From an uncultured candidate division Zixibacteria bacterium (GTDB lineage: Bacteria > Zixibacteria > MSB-5A5 > RBG-16-43-9), in assembly GCA_963713865.1 (NCBI GenBank), contig OY970208.1:1408001-1472000 (forward strand): 64,000 nt of DNA, written 5' to 3'. Each line of letters opens with the position of its first letter. The first letter of the stretch is position 1. Position numbers and translations under genes: made by a program. The notes under the pieces are model-generated. The model was not told where the DNA came from and did not search any database. It saw only the letters and a list, made by a program, of their open reading frames with translations. Of this stretch, positions 51,140-61,182 are shown piece by piece.

Positions 51140-53399
51140 CTATCTCAACAAAATCATCTTTCTGGTATCAGAGTAATCCCTGGTTTTCAACTGATAGAAA
51201 TATATTCCGCTTGCCACTTCTTTACCTGAATTGTCTTTCCCATCCCAGAATACCTGATAATATCCAAGCAGCCTTTCATCATCCACCAATGTTCTCACCA
51301 ACTGCCCCCGAATATTATAAATCTTCAATGTGGTATGGATGGGGCTATGAACTATGAGCTGTGAGCCATAAACCGTGAAGGGTATGGTGGTGTTGGGATT
51401 AAAAGGATTAGGATAGTTCTGGAAAAGCTCAAAAGAGTTAGGGATATTGTTCTGAACTGGTTCATCCGGCACGGAGGTGGGCACACCAAGATATGCTACC
51501 CCTCCAGAAGTAGCAAACCACTTGTTTCCTGAGCCATCTATGGCTATAGCATATACAAAATCATCAGGCAGTCCGCTGTTTATGGTGTTATAAGTAGTCC
51601 AGTTAGTCCCATCAAATTTACTCACCCCACTACCAAAAGACCCTAACCACTTATTATCTGAACCATCCACAATAACTGAATAAACATCATTAGAAGCCAA
51701 GCCACTGTTAGAGGTGTTATAAGTAGTCCAGTTGGTCCCATCAAATTTGCTTACACCATTCAAGGTCCCGAACCACTTATTATCTGAACCATCTACGACC
51801 ATAGACTGAACATACTTAGAAGCCAAGCCACTGTTAGAGGTGGTATAGGTAGTCCAGTTTGTCCCATCAAATTTGCTTACACCATTCCAGGTCCCGAACC
51901 AGATGTTTCCTGAACTATCTATGGCTATAGACCAAACATCATCGTAAACCAGAACCGCTATTGGATTCGTTGTATGTAGTCCAGTTTATCCCGTCAAACT
52001 TACTTACACCATCAGCAGTTCCGAACCATTTATTCACTGAGTCATCAATAACTATAGATCTTACCCAGTTTCTTACCAAACCGCTATTGGATTCGTTGAA
52101 AGTAGTCCAATTGATACCATCAAACTTACTTACCCCACTACCCCAAGTTCCGAACCATTTGTTCCCGGAATCATCTACTGCTATAGAGAAAACATCATTG
52201 GCAGCCAATCCGCTGTTAGAGGTGTTAAAAGTTTCCCAGTTTGTCCCATCGAACTTACTTACCCCGGATTCCCGGGTTCCGAACCACTTATTTCCTAAAC
52301 CATCTATGCTCATAGACCTGACAAAATTATCCACCAGACCATTGTAGCAATTATTATAAGTTGTCCAGTTGGTCCCATCGAATCTGCTCACCCCACTACC
52401 AAAAGTCCCGAACCATTTATTACCAGAAGTATCTGAAGTTATAAACCAGATAGAATCATTGGCTAAACCACTGTTGGAGGTGTTATAAGTAGTCCAATTG
52501 GTCCCGTCGAATTTGCTCACGCCAGAAAACCAGGTGCCAAACCACTTATTGTCCCATTTATCTATGGCCATAGAAAAAATCTCATTAGAAACCAGACCAC
52601 TGTTACCTGTATTATAGTTAGTCCAATTGGTTCCATCAAATTTGCTTATTCCAAAATCAAAAGTACCAACCCATTTGTTATCTGAACTGTCTATGGCAAT
52701 ATAAGTAACTGCATTTGAAATCAGTCCGCTATTTGACCGGTTATAGTTGGTCCAGTTGGTTCCATCAAATTTATCCACACCATAAGCGGCAAACCAGATA
52801 TTCCCATATCTATCTACGGCCATGGAAAAAACCCAGTCAGAAGAGAGCCCGCTGTTAGAGGTATCATAGGTAGTCCAGTTTGTCCCATCAAATTTGCTTA
52901 ATCCGCTTCCATAAGTCCCGAACCATTTGTTCCCTGAACTGTCTATAGCTATCGAAATAATATGATTATTAACCAGGCCGCTGTTAGAGGTGTTATAAGT
53001 AGTCCAGTTGGTCCCATCGAACTTGCTCACTCCACCAGCCGTAGTCCCGAACCACTTGTTACCTGAACCATCTACGGCTACAAAAAAGACAAAGTTAAAA
53101 GCCAAACCGCTGTTAGCATTGGTATAGTAAACAACGTCCGTTAAGGGATTGGTAATGCTCCTTTTTACCACACCTCCTGTGGTCCCCTGCCATAGATAAT
53201 CTCCTTCTATTGCTAAGCCATAAACAAGTCTGTCATTGGTGTAGCTTTTCCAGACCTCCTGGGCTCGGGCAATGTTTGTTAGAAAAAGGATTATAAGAAG
53301 GAGAAATGTGAATTTGAATAAAGACGGGAGGGGACAAGCCCCTCCCCTACAAAAAATCCTCTTTATATGCGATGGTATGATAATATTTAAGTTTCTCAT
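51140..53399 (-). pseudogene. Two-component-regulator-propeller repeat protein with FlgD-Ig tail, copy 1; split by +1 frameshift near 51953
   Basis: GNKWFGT..GVSKFDGTNWTTYNTSNSGL repeats; deleting one T gives continuous NSGLVYDDVWSIAID into ORF 51140..51826; ATG at 53399 has an SD. Confidence 0.8.
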
Positions 53400-53413
53400 C
53401 TTATTCTCTCCTC

Positions 53414-53720
53414 TTAAGGTTGAGAGCAATCGGTGTAACATAAGGAAGGTGCGGAACCTCCTTTGAAAAGATAGTTGATCAGGTAAACAGTATCGGCTAC
53501 GGAAACACGCTTATCACAGTTTGCATCTGCCATACCCATAACTGGAACAGGAGGAGGACCAAATTTAAAAAGATAATTAATAAGATAGGTTATATCGTTT
53601 ACATCGATTCGACTATCGTTATTAACATCCCCGTGACTTACCGCCACCAGAGCTCTAAAAGCATTAGCCCTGCCCCAGCCGTAGAATTTATCCCAGCAAA
53701 GAGTATCTTCCAGTTCTTCC
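53414..53720 (-). pseudogene. 3' remnant of a second S8 peptidase-dockerin gene
   Basis: EDTLCWDKFYGWGRANAFRALVAVSHG + dockerin, paralogous to EDTPCFDEFYGWGRANAFKSLVAVSHG in 56012..57754; no real start. Confidence 0.8.
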
Positions 53721-53741
53721 CACCTACACGTCTGCTAAAAA

Positions 53742-55997
53742 CTATCTCAACAAAATCATCTTTCTGGTATCAGAATAATCCCTGGTTTTTAATTGATAGA
53801 AATATATTCCGCTTGCCACTTCTTTGCCTGAGTTATCTTTCCCATCCCAGAATACTTGATAATATCCAGGCAGCCTTTCATCATCCACCAATGTTCTCAC
53901 CAACTGCCCCCGAATATTATAAATCTTCAAGGAGGTGTGGATGGGACTATGAACTATGAGCTGTGAGCCATAAACCGTGAAGGTTATGGTGGTTGTTGGA
54001 TTAAAAGGATTAGGATAGTTCTGGAAAAGCTCAAAAACAAGCGGGATATTTGGCTGTTCTTCTTCAGGCACGGAGGTAGGTGAACCAAGATAACCCACCC
54101 CATCTCCAGTGGCAAACCACTTGTTCCCTGAACCGTCTAAAACTATGGCGTCTATATAATCTCCTGGTAAGCCACTATTCCAGGTGTTATAAGTGGTCCA
54201 GTTAATTCCATCAAACTTACTCACTCCACTGCCAAAAGTCCCAAACCACTTATTACCTGAACCATCTATAGCCATACAGCTAATCTCGTTAGAAACCAGT
54301 CCACTGTTTGAAGTGGTATAATTTGTCCAGTTAGTATCATCAAACACGCTTACTCCACCATCAGTGCCGAACCACTTGTTATTTGAATAATCGACTATTA
54401 CGTAATAAACATCATCGTTAGCTAAACCACTATTTGTGGTATTATAAGTTGTCCAGTTTATCCCATCAAACTTGCTAACACCATCCCAGGTTGCAAACCA
54501 TTTATTATTTGAACTGTCTATGGCGATAGACCAAACCGCATCATAAATTAGCCCGCTATTGGAGTCATTATAAGTAGTCCAGTTTATTTCATCATACTTA
54601 CTTACACCACCCCAAGTCCCAAACCATTTGTTCCCCGAACCATCAACTACTATACTGGTGATAAAATCGTCAGCTAATCCACTATTGGATTCGTTGAAAG
54701 TAGTCCAATTGATACCATCAAACTTACTTACCCCACTACCCCAAGTTCCGAACCATTTGTTCCCGGAATCATCTACTGCTATAGAGAAAACATCATTGGC
54801 AGCCAATCCGCTGTTAGAGGTGTTAAAAGTTTCCCAGTTTGTCCCATCGAACTTACTTACCCCGGATTCCCGGGTTCCGAACCACTTATTTCCTAAACCA
54901 TCTATGCTCATAGACCTGACAAAATTATCCACCAGACCATTGTAGCAATTATTATAAGTTGTCCAGTTGGTCCCATCGAATCTGCTCACCCCACTACCAA
55001 AAGTCCCGAACCATTTATTACCAGAAGTATCTGAAGTTATAAACCAGATAGAATCATTGGCTAAACCACTGTTGGAGGTGTTATAAGTAGTCCAATTGGT
55101 CCCGTCGAATTTGCTCACGCCAGAAAACCAGGTGCCAAACCACTTATTGTCCCATTTATCTATGGCCATAGAAAAAATCTCATTAGAAACCAGACCACTG
55201 TTACCTGTATTATAGTTAGTCCAATTGGTTCCATCAAATTTGCTTATTCCAAAATCAAAAGTACCAACCCATTTGTTATCTGAACTGTCTATGGCAATAT
55301 AAGTAACTGCATTTGAAATCAGTCCGCTATTTGACCGGTTATAGTTGGTCCAGTTGGTTCCATCAAATTTATCCACACCATAAGCGGCAAACCAGATATT
55401 CCCATATCTATCTACGGCCATGGAAAAAACCCAGTCAGAAGAGAGCCCGCTGTTAGAGGTATCATAGGTAGTCCAGTTTGTCCCATCAAATTTGCTTAAT
55501 CCGCTTCCATAAGTCCCGAACCATTTGTTCCCTGAACTGTCTATAGCTATCGAAATAATATGATTATTAACCAGGCCGCTGTTAGAGGTGTTATAAGTAG
55601 TCCAGTTGGTCCCATCGAACTTGCTCACTCCACCAGCCGTAGTCCCGAACCACTTGTTACCTGAACCATCTACGGCTACAAAAAAGACAAAGTTAAAAGC
55701 CAAACCGCTGTTAGCATTGGTATAGTAAACAACGTCCGTTAAGGGATTGGTAATGCTCCTTTTTACCACACCTCCTGTGGTCCCCTGCCATAGATAATCT
55801 CCTTCTATTGCTAAGCCATAAACAAGTCTGTCATTGGTGTAGCTTTTCCAGACCTCCTGGGCCCGGGCAACGTCTGTTAGAAAAAGGACTATAAGAAGGA
55901 GAAATGTGAATTTGAATAAAGACGGGAGGGGGCAAGCCCCTCCCCTACAAAAAATCCTCTTTATATGCGATGGTATGATAATATTTAAGTTTCTCAT
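53742..55997 (-). CDS. Two-component-regulator-propeller repeat protein with FlgD-Ig tail, copy 2 (intact)
   Basis: Many ~45-aa propeller repeats, signal peptide ending ARA-Q, QNYPNPFNP tail; start placed at ATG 55997 with SD. Confidence 0.88.
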   Translation of the reverse strand: MRNLNIIIPSHIKRIFCRGGACPLPSLFKFTFLLLIVLFLTDVARAQEVWKSYTNDRLVYGLAIEGDYLWQGTTGGVVKRSITNPLTDVVYYTNANSGLAFNFVFFVAVDGSGNKWFGTTAGGVSKFDGTNWTTYNTSNSGLVNNHIISIAIDSSGNKWFGTYGSGLSKFDGTNWTTYDTSNSGLSSDWVFSMAVDRYGNIWFAAYGVDKFDGTNWTNYNRSNSGLISNAVTYIAIDSSDNKWVGTFDFGISKFDGTNWTNYNTGNSGLVSNEIFSMAIDKWDNKWFGTWFSGVSKFDGTNWTTYNTSNSGLANDSIWFITSDTSGNKWFGTFGSGVSRFDGTNWTTYNNCYNGLVDNFVRSMSIDGLGNKWFGTRESGVSKFDGTNWETFNTSNSGLAANDVFSIAVDDSGNKWFGTWGSGVSKFDGINWTTFNESNSGLADDFITSIVVDGSGNKWFGTWGGVSKYDEINWTTYNDSNSGLIYDAVWSIAIDSSNNKWFATWDGVSKFDGINWTTYNTTNSGLANDDVYYVIVDYSNNKWFGTDGGVSVFDDTNWTNYTTSNSGLVSNEISCMAIDGSGNKWFGTFGSGVSKFDGINWTTYNTWNSGLPGDYIDAIVLDGSGNKWFATGDGVGYLGSPTSVPEEEQPNIPLVFELFQNYPNPFNPTTTITFTVYGSQLIVHSPIHTSLKIYNIRGQLVRTLVDDERLPGYYQVFWDGKDNSGKEVASGIYFYQLKTRDYSDTRKMILLR

Positions 55998-56011
55998 CTC
56001 ATTCTCTCCTC

Positions 56012-57754
56012 TTAAGGTTGAGAGCAATCGGTGTAACATAAGGAAGGTGCGGAACCTCCTTTGAAAAGATAGTTGATCAGGTAAACAGTATCGGCTACGG
56101 AAACACGCTTATCACAGTTTGCATCTGCCATATCCGAAACCGGAACAGGAGGAGGACCAAATTTAAAAAGATAATTAATAAGATAGGTTATATCGTTTAC
56201 ATCGATTCGACTATCGTTATTTACATCCCCGTGACTCACTGCCACCAGGGATTTGAAAGCATTAGCCCTGCCCCAGCCGTAAAATTCGTCAAAGCAGGGA
56301 GTATCCTCAGGGTAGAGCGTATCTCCTTCCCAATAAGTGTGTCCAACCGTATCATCTGCTGTATGGCGCAAAACCTCATATACCTGTTCAGCAGTTAATA
56401 CCTCATTCGGTATCAATTTTTTTCGATGGGTAATTACTAAAGATGTTATACCAGAAACGAAAGCAGTTGAGGTTGAAGTTCCGCTTGTATAACCATAGGG
56501 CTGAATGGCTGTTACGATGTATGACCCGGGAGCGACCAAATCTATATGTGAACCGTAACTGCTCTCCCACCAACTAGTTAATTCTGTTACTCTATCGTCA
56601 TTCCAATTGGTGGCACCCACTGCCAGAGTTTTGGTAGAAGTGGCAGGATAGTAAGCGTGATATTTAGTTGGTTCTCCTCCATTCCCCATACCGGTAATAG
56701 TTACAATTCCTCCATTATAAGCGTATTCAAGGGCATCCTCTACTACCTGATCTGTACGTGGAAGAGGATACTTCATATCAATCAAACGGGCTAAAGATAT
56801 GTTTATCACCTTAGCCCCCATATTTGTGGCATAATAAATTGCTAGTGATACTGCCTTAGCTGTAATGGAAATATAGAGAGTATCATTTCTTACAATGTAA
56901 GTATCTACTTTAAGATTCATTAATTTACATTTCCAATTTATACCAGCGACATCTTGGCAGTAATTAGTTGAGTCTGTTTCTGAACCTATAATAGCCGCCA
57001 TCTCAGTACCGTGTAGAGAAAGATTTGGATCCACAAAAGGTGTGCTGTCTGCAAAATTCCATCCAAGGCTGTCATCAACGTAATTGTTGCCATCATCGTC
57101 TACACCAGGTAATCCATTCCTTTCTGCATAGTTAACCCAGATCCTGTTTTGAAGCTCTGACAGAAATCTGTCAATGCCTGAATCTACTATAGCCACAATC
57201 AGATTTGTATCCCCTTTCTCAATCTGCCAGGCCTCTGGGGCTTTTATATCCGCCCTTAGCTTTGTCTCAGGACCATCAGGACCAAAGGGATGCCCATCGT
57301 TATAAAGACCCCATTGGGAAAATTCATATTCGTCGGACCATCTAAAGAACCAATCGCACGGGTAAACCTCCAGCGGTCGTAGATACATATTGGGTTCTGC
57401 ATATTCTATATCAGTAAGATTTTTATAAGTTTCCACGGCGTTTAAAATGTCAGTTGTATCTGGCAAAGACAAAACATAAATTCTGCCCATGCCTATCTGA
57501 TTATACAGCTCAAGCTTCTGCGGGTCAAGGCCTGCAGAGCTGAAAATCTGCTCAATTGAAATAACACCAAATAATTGGTTCAGGCTGTCAATTGAAGAAA
57601 TGCCTGTATAACCTATGGTCTGCAAGTTCAAAGACTGAGTTGTTTTAATAATTAGCTTTCCTGGTTCAAAATCCATATTCGGCTCTTGGGCTAAGGTATA
57701 GTTGACTATAATCAAAAAAGCAAATACCGTCAATCCTAAAATAAATTTTTTCAT
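56012..57754 (-). CDS. Secreted S8 subtilase with dockerin-like tail
   Basis: YAEPN propeptide end, IVDSG, HGTEMA, GMGN, SGTS catalytic motifs, YGWGR.NA; dockerin-like tail. Confidence 0.92.
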   Translation of the reverse strand: MKKFILGLTVFAFLIIVNYTLAQEPNMDFEPGKLIIKTTQSLNLQTIGYTGISSIDSLNQLFGVISIEQIFSSAGLDPQKLELYNQIGMGRIYVLSLPDTTDILNAVETYKNLTDIEYAEPNMYLRPLEVYPCDWFFRWSDEYEFSQWGLYNDGHPFGPDGPETKLRADIKAPEAWQIEKGDTNLIVAIVDSGIDRFLSELQNRIWVNYAERNGLPGVDDDGNNYVDDSLGWNFADSTPFVDPNLSLHGTEMAAIIGSETDSTNYCQDVAGINWKCKLMNLKVDTYIVRNDTLYISITAKAVSLAIYYATNMGAKVINISLARLIDMKYPLPRTDQVVEDALEYAYNGGIVTITGMGNGGEPTKYHAYYPATSTKTLAVGATNWNDDRVTELTSWWESSYGSHIDLVAPGSYIVTAIQPYGYTSGTSTSTAFVSGITSLVITHRKKLIPNEVLTAEQVYEVLRHTADDTVGHTYWEGDTLYPEDTPCFDEFYGWGRANAFKSLVAVSHGDVNNDSRIDVNDITYLINYLFKFGPPPVPVSDMADANCDKRVSVADTVYLINYLFKGGSAPSLCYTDCSQP

Positions 57755-57810
57755 CTTACACCCCGTTATTTTATAGATAAATATTTTTATTAGCCTCTAT
57801 TTAAAAAATA

Positions 57811-57851
57811 AAAACACCCAGCTCTCCTATTAATAACAGAAGAGCTGGGTT
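57811..57851 (-). terminator. Terminator-like hairpin in the 5' leader of the S8 operon
   Basis: Minus strand acccagctct..agagctgggt then gtttttattttt, between a TTGACA near 57979 and the ATG. Confidence 0.55.
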
Positions 57852-58218
57852 AACCATATAAACTTTCGGCAATCGCTATCTCGAGAGAGATATAGAGAAT
57901 TTCTCGAAAACATAATAGCCCTCTTATCAAAAAAGATTGATTTCCTCTTTAAATTTAAACTACTAAAATCTTGTTGTCAAGCTTTTTTGTATAAATTAAT
58001 TTTAAATAACAAATAGCAGAGATCTATCCGCTTTTTAGTAGGGCAAACCATTTCATTATGTAAATAATCATTTTATTATTCATAAACTCCAACAAAACAA
58101 AGATAGTTGATGTAATATATTTTCACAGGCTCAGGCGTCTGCCTGGGTCTTCTTGTTTTGTTGGACAGAGGAGATTTTTCTTGACAAACAGGGTTAAATT
58201 TTTTATTTAATTCAGACT

Positions 58219-58743
58219 ATGAAGATAGATTTGAGATCGCTGAGGGATGAAGTTAACTATTTAGAGCTGGAAGAATCACCATCCCCTTCAGGCGGATTGA
58301 AGCTTGAGGCCGAGGGAGCGGAGTTCTCCTGCCCGGTGAAGTTGAATTTGAAATTATTGAAATCCGGGAAGAATTATATAGGGAAAGGCGAAATCGAAAC
58401 TAAAATCAGCTTAGAATGTTCCCGTTGTCTAAAAAAATTCACTCAAATCCTTAAATCGGAAATCAGATTTCTCCTCAAAGAGGAAAAAGACCAGCTGGTA
58501 CTGGAATCAGATGATAGGGAAAATCAGGTTCAACCCGGAAGTTTTTTCAGGTTAGATGATCTGGTAAGGGAAAGTTTAATACTCGCCCTGCCTTTTAAGC
58601 CATTATGTGCTGAGGATTGTAAAGGGCTTTGTCCGGTTTGCGGTATCGATTTGAATCTGTCAACCTGTAAGTGTAAAAAGGATTTAATCGATCCCCGCTG
58701 GGAGAAGCTGAAGGATCTGAAATTGGGGGGAAAGAATAAGTAA
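58219..58743 (+). CDS. yceD: DUF177/YceD family protein
   Basis: CSRCL, P.KPLC.EDCKGLCPVCG, DPRW..L; precedes rpmF. Confidence 0.9.
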   Translation: MKIDLRSLRDEVNYLELEESPSPSGGLKLEAEGAEFSCPVKLNLKLLKSGKNYIGKGEIETKISLECSRCLKKFTQILKSEIRFLLKEEKDQLVLESDDRENQVQPGSFFRLDDLVRESLILALPFKPLCAEDCKGLCPVCGIDLNLSTCKCKKDLIDPRWEKLKDLKLGGKNK

Positions 58744-58815
58744 AAGAGTAAGAAGTAAAACATAAGATGTGAGAAGAAAGAAGAAAAATAGATAAAAGAT
58801 AATTGAGGAGAAAAA

Positions 58816-58998
58816 ATGCCACTTCCTAAAAGAAGACATTCCAAAGCCAGGGGAGCCAAGAGAAGAACCCACTGGAAACTTGATACCCCGAATGTTACCA
58901 GATGCTCTCATTGTCATCAGCCTAAACTCCCTCATCATATCTGCCCTAATTGCGGGTATTACGATGGGAAAGAGATTATAACCATTGAGGAGACCTAA
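58816..58998 (+). CDS. rpmF: 50S ribosomal protein L32
   Basis: MPLPKRRHSKAR...C..C..H.IC.NCGYY. Confidence 0.97.
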   Translation: MPLPKRRHSKARGAKRRTHWKLDTPNVTRCSHCHQPKLPHHICPNCGYYDGKEIITIEET

Positions 58999-59064
58999 AC
59001 CTTTTTAAGTAGTTCAGTCTTAAATATTGCATAAGGACTTGTCTTTAGCAGGGAGGAGTAAATT

Positions 59065-60096
59065 TTGATCCGGATTGCCTTAGATGCTATGGGTGGCGAT
59101 TATGCACCTCAGTCTATAGTCGAAGGTGCCTATTTAGCCTTTTCCGAATTTGGACCCAGAGGAAAGAAAAGCAGGGAAGATTTTCAAATCACCCTGATTG
59201 GAGAAGAGGATAAAATAAATAAGGAACTTTCCCGGCTGAATTTGCAGAACTCTTTTTTCACCATAGAAAAGGCTACAGAATATATAGGGATGGAAGAACA
59301 TCCCACTGATACGATTAAGAAAAAAAATTCATCTCTTACCGTGGGAACTAGATTACAGAAAGAGAAAAAGGTGGATGCTTTTATCTCCAGCGGGAATACA
59401 GGAGCGGTGATGGCTACCTCCCTTTTGACCTTAGGTCGATTAGAAGGGGTTAGCCGGCCAGCTATTGCTACCTGTTTGCCAACGGAGAAAGGAGTGGCGA
59501 TCATTTTGGATGTTGGGGCTAATGCTGAATGTAAAGCTATAAATCTTTATCAGTTTGGAATAATGGGGGGTATTTATGCATCCCATATTCTAAGAAAGGA
59601 ATCGCCTAAGGTTGGGCTTCTCTCTATTGGCGAGGAAAGCACCAAAGGGAATGAGTTAGTATTTGAAGCCTATAAGCTTCTGGAGAAGGGTCCGGTTAAT
59701 TTCGTGGGGAATGTAGAGGGAACCGATCTGTTGAAGGGAACCTGTGATGTGGTGGTAACAGATGGATTTGTGGGTAATATAGTTTTGAAACTCACAGAAA
59801 GTATTGACGGATTTTTAACCTCTCTGGTTCATAAAAGGGTTAAACAGAGTTTGCTTTTCAGGTTGGGTGCTTTTCTTTTAAAAATCTCCATCCGGGATTT
59901 AAGAAAGGTTTTAGATTATGCCGAGTATGGTGGGGCTCCTCTTTTAGGATTGAATGGTGTGTGTATTATCTGTCATGGCAAGTCTTCTCCCAAAGCGATC
60001 AAGAATGCCATAAAGGTTGGCATAGATATGGTTAAGGAGAAAGTAAATGAGCTAATTCAGGAGAAACTTTCTAATAATAATTTAATCAAGGGATAA
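59065..60096 (+). CDS. plsX: Phosphate acyltransferase PlsX
   Basis: IALDAMGGDYAP, SGNTGA, RPAIA, LDVGAN, DGFVGN; TTG start with SD. Confidence 0.95.
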   Translation: MIRIALDAMGGDYAPQSIVEGAYLAFSEFGPRGKKSREDFQITLIGEEDKINKELSRLNLQNSFFTIEKATEYIGMEEHPTDTIKKKNSSLTVGTRLQKEKKVDAFISSGNTGAVMATSLLTLGRLEGVSRPAIATCLPTEKGVAIILDVGANAECKAINLYQFGIMGGIYASHILRKESPKVGLLSIGEESTKGNELVFEAYKLLEKGPVNFVGNVEGTDLLKGTCDVVVTDGFVGNIVLKLTESIDGFLTSLVHKRVKQSLLFRLGAFLLKISIRDLRKVLDYAEYGGAPLLGLNGVCIICHGKSSPKAIKNAIKVGIDMVKEKVNELIQEKLSNNNLIKG

Positions 60097-60098
60097 AG

Positions 60099-61112
60099 AT
60101 GTTAGAAAAAAAAATTACAGGGCAAAATAAATATAATGCGGTTATTACTGGAACAGGTTCCTCTGTCCCTGAAAGGATTTTAACAAATGCAGATTTAGAG
60201 AAGATAGTGGAAACCTCAGATGAATGGATAACTAGCCGCACCGGGATTAAAGAAAGGAGGATTGCAGATAAAGATACGGCTGCCTCTGATTTATCTTTAC
60301 AAGCGTCAAGGCGAGCGATGGAAGAGGCTAAGGTAAAATCAGAGGAGATCGATTTGATCATTATTGGAACCGTTACTCCGGATTTCCTTTTGCCCTCAAC
60401 TGCCTGTATCATTCAAGATAAATTGAAAGCAAAAAATGCTGCAGTTATGGATATAGTTGCTGCCTGCAGTGGATTTATCTATGGGCTTTCGATTGCGCAG
60501 GCTTTTATCAATTCCGGAAAATATAAAACGATTTTGGTTATCGGAGTAGAAGTTTTAACAAGGATAACAAACTGGACTGACAGGAATACCTGTGTCCTTT
60601 TCGGAGATGGAGCTGGTGCGGCTATTGTTCAGAGTTCTGATGAAGAGAATAAGGGGTTTTTAGCCACCTACATCTCTGGAGATGGCTCCTTAGCTAATCT
60701 TTTACATATTCCGGTTGGCGGCACCAGGACCCCTTTGACTAAAGAAAATATCGATAGAGGGGACCAATATATCAAGATGGCAGGAAGTGAGGTGTTTAAA
60801 TCAGCGGTCAGGTCGATGGGGGATGCGGCTATGCGGGTCCTGAATGAGGCGGGAGTCTCATCGGACCAGGTTGATCTTTTGATTCCGCATCAAGCTAATA
60901 TCAGGATAATTGAGGCAACCGCTAAAAGGCTTAAAATACCTAAGGAAAAGGTTTTCGTGAATATAGCTAAATATGGGAATACTTCATCTGCTTCTATTCC
61001 TATTGCCTTAGATGAAGCTAGAAGAGCTGGCTTGATAAAACCAGGGAATATTACTCTTTTGGTAACCTTTGGTGGGGGATTTACCTGGGGTTCAGCGTTG
61101 ATCAGATGGTAA
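60099..61112 (+). CDS. fabH: 3-oxoacyl-ACP synthase III
   Basis: AACSGF, LFGDGAGA, HQANIRI, YGNTSSAS. Confidence 0.96.
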   Translation: MLEKKITGQNKYNAVITGTGSSVPERILTNADLEKIVETSDEWITSRTGIKERRIADKDTAASDLSLQASRRAMEEAKVKSEEIDLIIIGTVTPDFLLPSTACIIQDKLKAKNAAVMDIVAACSGFIYGLSIAQAFINSGKYKTILVIGVEVLTRITNWTDRNTCVLFGDGAGAAIVQSSDEENKGFLATYISGDGSLANLLHIPVGGTRTPLTKENIDRGDQYIKMAGSEVFKSAVRSMGDAAMRVLNEAGVSSDQVDLLIPHQANIRIIEATAKRLKIPKEKVFVNIAKYGNTSSASIPIALDEARRAGLIKPGNITLLVTFGGGFTWGSALIRW

Positions 61113-61182
61113 AAAGTAAGTAGCAGGCAGCTAGTAGCAAGGAGCTTAAAGAAAGAAGATAAAAACTGATTACGGGTAAAAA

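Noticed and set aside
51945-51960. Programmed frameshift in propeller copy 1
   Set aside because: No slippery sequence; the paralog is continuous at the equivalent position
57860-57945. c-di-GMP-I riboswitch in the S8 leader
   Set aside because: Only a 3' gatagc..ttgccg resemblance; GGCAAA and GACGCAAA core elements are absent
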